Shown here in pieces: positions 12,667 to 25,480 of a DNA stretch of 64,000 nucleotides (position 1 is its first letter; every line of letters starts with the position of its first letter). Made by a program: the position numbers and the translations under genes. The DNA is from Chrysomallon squamiferum (Eukaryota; Animalia; Mollusca): assembly GCA_012295275.1 (NCBI GenBank), contig CM022665.1:37572001-37636000 (forward strand), in the 5' to 3' direction. The notes under the pieces were generated by a model that had not been told where the DNA came from, searched no databases, and was given only the letters and a program-made list of their open reading frames with translations.

Positions 12667-14616
12667 TTATTAATAAATAAATAAAGTGTTTGTTTAATGT
12701 TATATATAAGATATTTTATAATTTTCAAAGGTTTCGCCTGAAATGCATGTTGATGACTATGACAACGAAAATTTCAATTCATTCAAGCTGGCAGATGAGG
12801 ACCCTACTTTGAACCGGTCCATCTGAAAAAGAAAAAGAGGATTATGACGAAGAGTTTATAAAAACGTTAGAAAAGTAAAGCCACGTAAAACAAAAAACTT
12901 GTTTATCGTCCACCCATTTCAGTTTTTACAGGTCGGGATGAAGGTTTTTATTTTTATTTTTTTATTTGTATACTGCATTTCATCTTCGGTATTTATTACA
13001 AAACTCACACAAGGGGATAACGACGGCATGCGTCCATCCAAACCGATCTTTAAGTGGCAGCCTTCCTTTGGCATGAAGCATGTCGCCATTTTCCATCTAC
13101 TTATAGACGTCACAAAAGATAGATGAACATTCTATTCTATAGCCTGACAATTCCTGATAATGGTTAAACAGTTTTAATAGTTTTAACACTTTACTTGAAA
13201 AATAATGAATAAAAATATTTAATAAAGGAGGGCAGGAGTATTTATCAGGTCTGACGGGCATGCTAAACAAGTACTTTTTTTATATTTATTTTATTTTATT
13301 ATTATTAGGTTGTTTTTTGTGGGTTTTTTTTGTAATCTGGCCTAAATTACAGTTTCAAATTATTAAACAATTTAAAGACTTCATTTTAATTCTTTGTTTT
13401 AAATTATTATCTAAATATGTTTGGCTATAATTATGTATTTAGGATTCTTCCAGTGTATTTATTCATTAATACAAGTTAAGTCTTACCAGAAGAAAATGAA
13501 AATCACAGAATGGGACTAAACATCTTTCCATATAATAATGATAATAACAATAGCTATAACATTAACAATAATAATAATAACAATAACAATAATAATAATA
13601 AATCTTGGTTTTACATTTTATAGGTCAGCCAATCATCAGTCCAAAATTTAATTAAGTGGAACGCCCTTCTCCTATTATGTGATTTTATTTTAAACCATAA
13701 GACTGAAAAGTGGAGAATGCTTAATAATACTGTCTAAGAATTAGTTCTGTTCGAGGACTGGGTAACTTTAAAATAACCTACGTAAAGGTATTGTTCATTA
13801 TAGGAATATTTCATTAACACTTGTTATCGGTACACTTTTATAGATGAATGCAGTCTACGTACAATACAGAGTGCATCAGGTTGCTTGAACCTTTTGATTT
13901 GTTGCCGAATACAGTATTAATTCTTTATAAATCTGGTTGTATAAACAACTAATTAATTACCTAACTAACTAACTAAATAAATAAATAAATAAACAAAATA
14001 AAAATTAAATTAAGAAGAAGAAAAGAAAGAAATAATCTTGTTTACACGATATTTAATTTTTTATTATTATTATTATTATTTTGTTTTTATTCTGTTTTTA
14101 ATTTCGTAGAATCTTTTATGCGTAAATGGCACAAGGAATTCAGATTAAGATCCTTGTTTTTACTGTAGGAGGTGTTGTCCAATATTTTTATTTCGATTAA
14201 TATACTGAACAACAGAACAAAAACGGTTAGAGAATTACATGTTAATAATATTCCCTGACACGGTCATGACAATGCGACACTCATTAACACTTATTAATGA
14301 GCCTCCTTCGTTTTGATCTTATTCTCGTATTTATATTCATTACAAGATAGGGAGCTTGTTAATATTGAAATATCTGGTTACCGAAGCTTGGCTATATTTA
14401 GGCAACGTCCGAATTTCACTCAAGCTGCTTAATCCAGGCTATTTGTATATCATCGAGTTTATTGTTTACCACACTGCAGATAAGTGTAGCATCTTGAAAA
14501 CAAAAGCTCCAGTGTATGTTATTTTATAAAATATACTGAGGATGATTTATGTCAAAGATAACAACAGATGCCTACCCCTCAGCATTATATATCTAATTAA
14601 ATAAGATAATTTCAAT

Positions 14617-14647
<31 letters not shown>

Positions 14648-14787
14648 TTTTAACTTTATTGTATTTTATTTTATTTTATTATTATTATTTTTTTTTTTTT
14701 TGTTTAATGAAGAAAAAAGAGGTAATATAGGCCTATACATTCGTAATTGGCTATATGAAAAACAGAATCAACGACAGTCGGTTATAT

Positions 14788-14823
<36 letters not shown>

Positions 14824-15049
14824 AACGTCACATGAGTATGCTTTTCTTTGCATGATTATTATATTGATATTGATTGTTTTTGTCGTACGATAACGGCGCC
14901 AGGGTACAAGATAACTCAGAACTGTCTGTTATGCACGGAGGTAATTCTTAATGACCTCAGCTTTGTTGAACGCTAATTTTAAAGCTGATCAAAACAAAAT
15001 AAAAATTAACAGTCCTTGATTTTTTTTTTTTTTTTTTTTCCGATATTTT

Positions 15050-15170
15050 TCATAGACAAGAACGCACGTACCACAGCATTTGATAAATCAGACAAGGCGA
15101 ACTGGGAAGTAATTCAGTGAATGCACCGAGCATGTTTGATCCAGTGACCCTCGACCTTAGACCCTCGTGC
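15050..15170. mobile_element. Degenerate SINE-like fragment
   Basis: gtaccacagcatttgata...tttgatccagtgaccc resembles a SINE body recalled from gastropod genomes. Recognition is from memory only. Confidence 0.3.
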
Positions 15171-15509
15171 TTAAACTATCGATAAGAAAAGTTATCTCTG
15201 TTGATGGTCTTCCTGATGACCAATACTTAAAGGAGCGACGTAAAAATAAAAGGAGAAAGAAAAGAAGAGTTGTTTACTGCAAGTCGAACTCAAAACGACA
15301 AGTGAATTTACTGCATCGTTGATTTTCTGTCCCTTCAAAGCTTTAGCCACAGCAGTGACTATGCTTCATGCTGATACGTGGTTGTTTTACTTTGTTTTGA
15401 TCAGCTTAAAATTAGCGCTCAACAAAGGCTGGGCAAAATCATTAAGAAATATCTCCATGTATGAGAAACAATTCTTAATTATCTTGTACCCTGACGTAGT
15501 TATCGTACG

Positions 15510-15510
<1 letters not shown>

Positions 15511-15569
<59 letters not shown>

Positions 15570-15640
15570 GTAAAGTAATGATAATGATAATGATAATGAT
15601 GATAACAATAACAATAATAATAGTAGTAGTAGTAATAAAC
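15511..15640. repeat. (TAA)n/(TGATAA)n/(TAG)n microsatellite block
   Basis: Directly visible; source of spurious poly-Y/L ORFs. Confidence 0.95.
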
Positions 15641-16309
15641 GAATAAATAAATAAAAAAATAAATAAATTTCGAACGCACCTTCCTCGCCGCCTTCAGTCA
15701 ACATGGAGTTCTATACAGCAATTTCGTCTCGTACTGATATATACACTACTATACACCTATAGCTTTAATTATTATTCTGTGAAGCTCAATGAACAATGAC
15801 GTGAAAAATGGGTTTTATATTGATTTGTCTTAACTATGTTTTCGAATTATTTCAGTTTGTAGTGTGAAAAATGCATTAGTTTTGTTTCTGTAAACCTTTT
15901 AACTCTAACCAGCATATTATCCTGTGTTTACAAATGCTTTAAGAGTTTTGTTTGTTTTTACATTGAAAAAACGAGGCCAAACAAATAGATGTAAATTAGA
16001 ATTGACACAGAATTAGATGTACTTGAAATTCGAAAGCATGAAAATGTATATAGTCACACAAAGACATGCCCGTGTATGTGTTTTTGTGTGTATTTGTGTT
16101 TGTGGTCCATGTATAAGTAAATTTAATTCATTTAGAAATATTACAAATGCATATGCATGAAAGTGCAGTCTATCTATCTCTCCATCCTAATATCGGTAAA
16201 TTTAATTCGATTAGAAACACTACAAATACATATACACGTGAAAATAAATATACTTACCCAAACACATATCACACACATTCACTCGAACGAAATAAAATAT
16301 CACATTCGT

Positions 16310-16341
<32 letters not shown>

Positions 16342-16657
16342 ACACACATATACCCACACCCACTTTCAACGGTGATTTATATTATAATTCCGATATGTAT
16401 ATATTTAGTAAGTATTCATGGTCATCCTTATCTATGCATATTGTTAATACATTAACTTTTTGGATCTCTAAAATTACTAGAAGCTTCTGTGTTTTTTTAT
16501 GATGTTGCTTTACAATGTTGTTGATGCAGAATTCTGGACTAACCTAAAAATTTCACTTACTGTAATTAATGACATTCTAGAAGGTTCGGTTTCATATCGA
16601 ATTGTGTAATCATTTTCAAACGTTGCCATAAATAAGTTAGATGTACTAAAACTGATA

Positions 16658-16660
<3 letters not shown>

Positions 16661-16724
<64 letters not shown>
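16661..16724. repeat. (CT)n microsatellite (others at ~20986-21044 and ~23579-23638)
   Basis: Directly visible dinucleotide runs. Confidence 0.95.
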
Positions 16725-16728
<4 letters not shown>

Positions 16729-17085
16729 TTTTAGACGGCAAGGCTCAAATAACCTGCATTTAATGCTTTAAGAGTTGGATTACCGCGAACAGATTAAATT
16801 CTTAATGTGGATTTCGAAGCTTTACTGATTCAGACAAAGAAGATAATGGTTCTAAAATACCAACAAAAAAATTAATTCTAACACATCAAAAAAGTCACAC
16901 ACACACCCACACACTTAAACACATAGTTAAATATCATTTTCTGAAACACAAAAGCCATTTGTTTATGTTTATTTATCTGTACTTGTATAAAATGTAAATG
17001 TATGTGTATTTACTTATCATTATTTTATCATCATCATCATCATCATTATTATTACTATTGTTCAACAACAACAAAGTAGTAGTCC

Positions 17086-17132
<47 letters not shown>

Positions 17133-18744
17133 ATAATAATAATTAATTAAAGAAATCATGGATATATTTTAAATTGTTTACCTAGCTTCAAACGAAAAGA
17201 AACGTAATATAAATGCTATAAAACTGATAAAATTATATTCGGTTAAAACGAAATTACAAATTAAAATATCTCTTTGATCTTAAAACAAACTGAAAATTAA
17301 AAACAGGATAAAACACGTTTAATCTTTCAACCACTTCATATAAATAAGTAGTATTTTTGAAATTCGAAAAGAAAAAAAAAGAAGAAAAAAATATTATATG
17401 GCACTTCAAAAACAAGACCATTATACAGTTTCCGATTAAACAGTATTCTGTGTGTGTTATTTATTGTTTTTAAACTAACATAAAATCCAAACAATGTATT
17501 TGTTTTCAAGCTCGAACAACGTCGATTTTTTTATATACCAATGTTAATGGCTGGTACAATGAATACACCACATTTGCACGGACGTCAGTACTGCTTAATA
17601 GATGACGATTTTATAAGGTTGAAAGAAAAAATGAGAAAAAAAGAAAAGAAAACACAATTGATTCTGCCAGCCAATGTTGTTATTAACTACACTTGTTTTC
17701 TGCTAATATCTTTTATTTTCTATCTTGCTTTCGTTCTTTCTTTCACTCTTTCTCCTCTATCTTTCAGTCGTTCTTTTCTCTCTCTCTCTCTTCTTTTCTT
17801 TTGTCTTCTTTCTTTTTTCTTTCCCTCTTCCTTTCTTTTTCATTCTTTTTTCTTTTTCTTCTTTGCTTTGGTTTTTGAAAGACGTGTTAAATAGACAGCA
17901 ATTTAGGAAAAAAAGAATTTCTCTTATTTCTCCGCTGTAAACAAATTAATTTATGCTTGCGAATAATAATCGTTGACAGTTAATGATTATTTGTAGTTAT
18001 TTTGTATGGTTTCTATGTCGATGGCGTGCTTGAATTAATAATATATCGCAGAGCTGCTTTCCTGTTTTATGTCTGTTGTGTAGAACGGTTGTTTTGGTTC
18101 AATCTGGAGATAATGGAGTTTAACATTCTATGACGCAATGAGGAACAGAATTGCTGCTTCTGTTGCAAATATTTATTTGTTTGCGTGTTCAAGTGCGTGT
18201 GCGGACTCTATTTTTGTCATTACAGAAACGAACTAACATCATCAACAACAACAGCACTAATGGGATTATACACTGATAGTGATGGCATAAACAACAAAAA
18301 GAACAATAATAATGATCATGATCATGCTGATGTTGATAACAATAATAATAATGCCATCAGTACCACCACCACCACCACAACAACAATAATAATAATAATA
18401 ATAAAAGAGATAAAAACAACAAGAAAAAGAGGAATAATTACCACAATACAGCGGATCAAAGCTCAAAACATATTTTCATTAACTACTAAGAATTTTCATT
18501 TTCATTTTTATTAGGATATTTTAATGTTTTTATTTATTTATTTATTTATTTATTTTCACTAATAATTAGAAATCACAGCGATACTAAAGATTCTCGAATT
18601 ACATATAAAACATATAAAGACACATTTATTTAAATTATTTGTAGAACATTTATGTGTTTACGAATGTTTGTATGTATGGATGTATGTATTTTAGGATTTC
18701 AATATTTCTGTCTTATGTACGTCTGAACAGACTCTGCACATAGA

Positions 18745-18885
18745 CAATATTCGGGAACGCACTGGCGCAGGAGGACAAAGTCCAATCACGACCTCACAAA
18801 CCCCGCCAGATGCCGCTGACGAGACTCGAACGTATTCACCCATTCACCCACACTCCGAAGATGAACGACGTTACCGTTCGGCATG
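18745..18885 (-). mobile_element. tRNA-derived SINE head (Pol III A/B boxes)
   Basis: Minus strand reads TGCCGAACGG (A-box-like) ... GTTCGAGTC (B box) followed by a GC-rich body. No intact cloverleaf. Confidence 0.45.
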
Positions 18886-19222
18886 TGTGCGTGTGAGTGT
18901 GTGTGTTATGTGTGTACGTATTTACGTATGTGTATTTGTATACCTGTGCGTGTGTGTGTGTGGACGTACAAGTGTGTATGTATTGCTATGTTTCTTACGT
19001 GATATACACAGTGTATACACATTGTTATATACTAAAGAAAGGAAAAAAAAGTAGTGCAAATCCGCTTAATATAATTATATACTTTACTGAAACAATAAGA
19101 TACATGTACTTTACAAAAACAAGGTTAATTGATTATTTTACAAAAACAAATATGTATTTTATAGAAACAAGCTTAAAGTATAATTAATGATATTATCACA
19201 AACAAATTAAAAATATATTAAA

Positions 19223-19267
<45 letters not shown>

Positions 19268-20983
19268 AATAAATAAATAAATAAAATAACAGGTAGCAGA
19301 GAACCAATCATTTGTATATTATAAAAAAACTCAGTTAATATATACCTAAATAAAATAAAAATATATATATATATATATCTATATCTATATCTATCTATCT
19401 ATATATATATAGATAGATATATATATATATATATATTTAAATAAACAACATACTTGCTGTGCATTAAGTTAAACAATAAACCCGAAACGTTTTCCATTTA
19501 ATAAAACATAAATTCTCATAAAACAAATAAATCATTTTGTTTGTTGAATTAATGGTCAGTGAATTTACGAAAGCCAGCGACCAATGTCTTTGTATATATT
19601 CAGCATTCCTTTCCATCATTATAGGAAACTATTGATACTGATTTGTTTTACTTTAATAGATCTCGAAGATAATCGATATATTTTGTGTTTAACCTGTGTC
19701 CACGCTGTAGACATTTTACTTAAGTGGAGTTACCTGGTGCACTTTAAATCAGCACAAACAATTGGTTTAAAATCGGTTATTGCAATTTCGTGTGCCAGGC
19801 ATAAAACTGAAGTAGATGTCATAGTTAATGGTATTTTCTTAAATGAATGACATATACTGTAAATCGATTCTTCTTACAGAAGATTTATTATACATTCAAT
19901 GCATTTTTATTCTTGTTTGACACAGACTTATATATATATATATATATATAAACCACATACACACACACACACACACAATTACACGAATGCTTCTTTTTCA
20001 AATGTTTTGGTTTATGCTATCTAGTCCGATAATTGTTAAGTGTGAAAAAAAAAAAAAAAAAAAAAAAAAAAAGGTTTTGTGCAGCTTTATTAAACAATAC
20101 ATTATACATTATTTTATTTTTTTTTTTTTTTTTTTTATTTCGATGTAGTGATAAAGTCCTCAGTGCTAATTTAAATATATTAAGATAATTTCATTTTATC
20201 AAGATTATTTCTCCTATTCCAGCATCCGATGGTTTAATTTGTTCCACTGTAATAGTATATTTGTTTTTTTTTTTTTTTTTCATGTTATAATGTTATTATT
20301 AATGTTAAGATATAAATAACCTGATGAATAACCCGTTCTGGTTAGTTCTCCAGCCTTGTACATCAAAGTTTTTGTGGTTTAAGTTGTCCTGCCCGATGCA
20401 AATTGTTCCCATTTCTTTCCCATGAAACGTCAGCAGCATTTACTTTCTGAATCAACCGTTGACATCTGCGTTTCATCATTGACGCCTATGAAAACTCCTC
20501 ATCTCTCTCGATATCAGCTGAATATTTGAACTAGAACACAGAGTTATCAGTGTGAAACGATGTTTTAATTGATTCTGTATCTCGACCAGCTTGTAATACA
20601 AATAAACCCGGTGATTGGCATCACACATGTGGGTCCAGCTGGTTTTTGATTTTCCCCATTAACACGTCTTTGCGACTTCACTGACTTCGTTGTCTGATTA
20701 GAAATGTTGGTACTGATAGCTGTAGTAATAGTAATACTGGTAGGAGAAAAGATGGTGGTGGTGGTAGCGGTAGTGGTAGTGGTTGTAGTAGTAACAGTAG
20801 CCTCTTTTGTTAACAGCAATATCAATGAAAACAAAAATAATGTGGTGGTAATAGTAATAGTAGTAGGAGGCAAATAGTAGAAAATATATATGATTTTTGC
20901 TTTCTTTTGTTATTATTATTTTTTTTATTATTATTATTATCTTATTATTTCAATCTGTTTGTATATATATATATATATATACA

Positions 20984-21047
<64 letters not shown>

Positions 21048-21771
21048 TTTCTCCTTTTTTTTGGCTTTATCTTTTTTTCTTTCTTTCTTTCTCTCGTTCT
21101 CTATCTTTATTTCTCTTTCGCTGTCTTTCTATCTCTCTATATATGTATCTCTTTTTCTGCTTTTCTCGGACTATCGCTTTCACTTATTCTTTTTATTATA
21201 TCTTTCTATCTGTCTCTCTGTCTGTCCATCTATTTATATATGTGTGTACATTTGTAAGTATATATATATGTAGTATGTATTTATCTTAATTGTTTTGTTA
21301 TCTATCTGTCTATCCATCCATTCATCCGATCATCTGACTTTATACAAATATGAATTTATCTCGTACAAAATGTATACACACACAAACATGTGCTTACTAT
21401 CACAAGTACATGTACTTTCACTTGTTCTACACGTGATTAAAATCCGTCCAATATTTGCCACAACTAGTAATTATAACACTTTCACCAAAGCTCTATTTTA
21501 ATTAAAAAAATATTACGGACTCGAGATTTCTCAGCTTATGGACATACTGACACGCCTACCAGATTATATTGATCTTGTTACTATGGAAATCGTTTCGTTC
21601 AGGTGTATTCCGTTTTACGTTGACTATGTATATAAATACCCTGACACGGGTCTGTCGATAGAACTATTCGTGACAGCACTGGCAAAGGTAAACATTAATC
21701 TGCTTTCTTTTTTCGAGCTACTAGACGTCAAACTGGAACGAATCAAGAAAAACGTCAAACTGGATTCCAAT

Positions 21772-23128
21772 ATGAATTATTTCAGACATTCGCAAAACAG
21801 GCGACGGCGAAAATTACCGCACATTCAAAGGAAGCAGCAAGACAGTTCTATATTCTGGCCTTCGTTTCACGGGGCGCTCGCTTGGATGAGGAAGAACCAG
21901 GAAACTATAGACACGGCTGTGAAACTTCTCGAGATTTACCCAAGTCTTAATACAGGACAGATCACTCGACGTTTTTTGGAATTTTCTCTGCCCTTTTTTC
22001 GGGGCGAAACCGAGCAAGTCTGATAAAGAAACATCTGAAAACACAGAACGCTTTGGCACACAATGCGCTGTTACAATTCCATCCATCTGTGTAACCGAGT
22101 GTGGTGATGATTATACCGAAAACCTGTACGGTATGCCCTGTGCTGCTTCCAATCTTCCGAAGGTTTCTGTGATAGGTAATCCTTTATCGGGGAAAACCAG
22201 TTTTCTCAGACTTGTTAAAGATCTCAGCGAATTTTCTCTAACCGTTAAATCACCAGTCTTCGAATCGGATGTGTGTGTATTTCTTTTAAATCATGAAACC
22301 GTCTCGGATGAGGCATGCTGCGGTGATCTTGTTTTAGCAAGTACTTTGGACATACCTATTCTGTTTGTCAAACCTTTGGGATTTAAATTACCCAGCCCGT
22401 TACCCGACACGGTAATCCAGCTAGCATTGTGTTCGAGCTGTAATAGTAGTTCGTCACGGTTTAGGAAAAACCAGTGTGGTGGTTCTGCAAGAATAGTTAA
22501 AAGTATTCAGAGGCCAGCAGATAAACGCAGTGGTTCATCTCTGCGACACGCCGAAAATACGGAAAAAACTTCCATTGAAAGACGCGATTCGGACATAATC
22601 GTGCTTCTTATTGACGGTTATAGGAAAGCTTTCGTTTACGACATTAACAATCACGACGAATCAGTTACAGCTTTGAAAGAAAATATCGAGAAAGTCACAA
22701 AAATAAATCTGCCATCTGCTAAAAGTGAGGAAGGTAGTTTTCTTTTAGAAAATACTGAAATGGTTAGGTCATCAGGTAATTTCTTGAGCGTACCTGACCC
22801 AGATGCTCCACTTTCGTGGTTCGAAAATTTTGACACAGAATCTGAAGATGATGCGATGTCAGATACTTCCTTAGAAGGAAGAAGCCTTTCAGAACTTAGC
22901 GAAATTGATTCCGAAGTCGGGTTATCTGAAAAAGAGACATTTTATTTTGTTGCCGATCGAAAAAGCTTACCAGGAAAAGTTGTGAAATGGCCACCAACGC
23001 CACCAGAAATACAGTCTGAAATTTCCTCTGTAGCCGATTCGCCGATTAATTTTTACAATTTAGACTTTGAACATTTTCAAACTGAGGTGGATTTATTTGA
23101 TTCGGATTCGACACCTGAATTAAGTTAA
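21772..23128 (+). CDS. Intronless P-loop/TIR-like alpha-beta domain protein with acidic tail, in two overlapping frames (21772-22023 and 21923-23128)
   Basis: ORF 22133-23128 (331 aa) has KVSVIGNPLSGKTS (Walker A) and SDVCVFLL..C..DL..A....IPILFV..GFKLPSPLPD (TIR-like). Its frame stays open upstream to 21923 without an ATG and overlaps the frame of the ATG at 21772. Confidence 0.6.
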
Positions 23129-23573
23129 GCATAAATTCGTTCATTTAGTTTTTAATACTCTTTCTACAGCGACAGGAATGTCAAACAATCATAGCGTTCG
23201 TCTGAATTCTTGATCAATAAAACAAAATCTGAGAGAACTGTTAACAAAACTTTGAAAGGTAGCGTTTGTTTTCTTCTACAATGATTTCAAATTAATAATG
23301 AAATGAACAGAATTAACTGAAGTAGAAAAACATAATTAATATGATGTTACCTCTTTAATTAGAAATGGGATTAAAAGATTACGCTTTGCAATATACAACT
23401 TCGATTCAGAATATCTGTAAAGGCCATAAATTATTGTAATTTTTTTTATATATTCTAATGTCATATGGAAATAATATGATTGTAGATTTATAATGTGTAA
23501 GTGCACACATATGAAACTAACTAGTAAGTAAGTTATATTACTGAAACCGATTACAGAAAATTATTTAGTTTTC

Positions 23574-23641
<68 letters not shown>

Positions 23642-24994
23642 ATATATGTAATATGTAAATATGTATACATATTAATGTTATTCATACAAAACTGTGACAA
23701 ATGAATTGTTAATATTACTCTGTGAGTACTGTTAACTAATAAAATATATGTAATAAAAATGTGACGTTAAATACATGTATGTCGCAATTTTCAGTTGCAT
23801 AATTATAAACAAGGCAGTGTTAAGAATATTCCGTTTTAAAGTCAGTCAGTCAAAGATTTATATTATTTTTAATACTGTTTTATACTAATAAATTATTGTG
23901 ATATCTACAAATGTTTTGTTGTTTGTTAATTTTTAATTTTTCTTATCATCAATCATCATAATTACTTTTCCTATTTCTATGATATTACAGCTTTTTAACA
24001 TCCGATCAGAATATCATACACATCGATTGGTTCATTGTTGTAGCCATATTAATGTAGTTATCCAGAAAATGGAATATGGTCGATGTAAAGACGCCGTCCG
24101 CGTTTCTATGGAAATAATAAAAATAATAAATGAAGATCGTTTTCTGGATAATTTGTTTTCTGTGGGATTAAAATTTAATTTGAAGGATGCACTAGAATCA
24201 TTTCAGATATATCAGCAGTTTTATAAACGGTATGAAGAGGAAAATAAACTGATTCCAAAAGAATGAAGACGAATGCTAACATAATCATAACAAATTGTTT
24301 GTGTTTTTACAGTTTATTTCTGCCTGCCTTACACAGAACGAGATGTTCGCGGGATCAATAACCGTAGTCATTATTGTCAGATCATAATAGACTGTTTATC
24401 TCTAGCTAAAACTGTCAGTAGGTGTCCTGTTTTCGCTAACGCTTGTTACATGGTTTCGTTGTTATTTTTTTCTGGTGTTTTTTTTTTTTTTTGTGTGTGT
24501 GGGGTTTTTTTTTTTTAAGATCATGGAATTTTGGTGAAATTTCATTTTCCCGGAGTATTAATGTGAAAAAATAACAAAAACAAACAACACAAAAAAGAAG
24601 AAGAAAAAAAAAAGATATATATAATAAACTTTGGATGAATAAACAGATAAATTTAATCTATTTTATATTTTCCAGATGTGAATTAATCTCGCTAGCTTGA
24701 AATTATAGAATAAATAAATTCAGTATTGTTTATTGTAAGTTATTATTATTATTATTATTATAACCTTGTAACAGGCGTCATTCCAGTGAAGTCTCTCTCT
24801 CTTTCTCTGTCTCTCTCTCTCAGCCTACGCCTATATTTGGTTACGTTATTTTTAGAGTCATCCTTTTGAAAATCAGCACTGATTAGTGAGTGTGAATTAG
24901 ATGGCGGATCCATCACAATATTATACATGATGAGAACAATCATTGATCCGGTTTGCTTTGTTTAATGTTTGTAATAAAAAGAGGCAGATTGATT

Positions 24995-25031
<37 letters not shown>

Positions 25032-25179
25032 TACACACACACACAAACACACACACCTGAATTATTTTAATGATTAAACAGCTTCGAAGTCAGTCCGTAT
25101 TATTCGAGATAATAAGCTAATGGCATCAGAAGAATAATGCTGGAAGTACATTTGTCCATCAGCATTTACAGAAATGTTT

Positions 25180-25480
25180 TACCACAACCACCACTACTAC
25201 TCCCTCTTCTATTAAAGCTGCTACTACTACCACTACTAACTCTGCTATTACTGCTTCTAATACTACCACTACTGCGGATATTTGAATATAGTTTACTGTA
25301 TAACCACCACCAATCCTACTACTAATAGTTATTGTAATACAAATACAAATAATGCTGCTACTACTACTTCTGCTACTACAGTTACTGCTACCATTGCTAC
25401 TGTTACTATTACTATTACTGTTATTACCACCACCACTATTAGTACTAATAGTACTGATACTACTACTACTACTATACTAA
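25180..25480. repeat. Degenerate (CTA/CCA/CTG)n trinucleotide low-complexity tract
   Basis: Directly visible; explains the poly-L and poly-T ORFs. Confidence 0.9.

Larger units (their letters stand above)
6801..13622. repeat. Copy B of ~6.8-kb direct tandem segmental duplication
   Basis: Collinear with 1-6800. Similarity ends near aatcttggttttacattttata (13601-13622). A ~22-bp deletion relative to copy A lies near 12243. Confidence 0.93.
14110..24266 (+). pseudogene. Candidate multi-exon, highly divergent ARM-repeat (importin-alpha-like) gene or pseudogene
   Basis: Exon-like islands 14347-14513, 14903-14940, 15341-15458 (mutually phase-consistent), 16530-16583, 16773-16848 (1-nt frameshift at ~16821), 17511-17617, 19660-19830, 21535-21687 and terminal 23991-24266. 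The last pair has canonical sites and phase 0. Translations loosely resemble ARM repeats by eye. The chain is incomplete and several acceptors are AAG. Confidence 0.35.

Noticed and set aside
12730-13125. Confident strand and gene assignment for the coding-like islands at 12730-13125 (and 5950-6345)
   Set aside because: Open frames and splice-like sites exist on both strands; cannot be resolved without transcripts.
18745-18885. Functional tRNA gene
   Set aside because: A/B boxes are present but no acceptor or anticodon stems; fits a SINE.
19361-19436. Long palindrome or cruciform
   Set aside because: Self-complementarity follows trivially from (AT)n/(ATCT)n microsatellites.
20890-21289. Overlapping 116-130-aa ORFs (also 15387-15704, 17541-17940, 25137-25536, 47706-47906)
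   Set aside because: Products of (CT)n, (TAA)n and poly-T low-complexity tracts.
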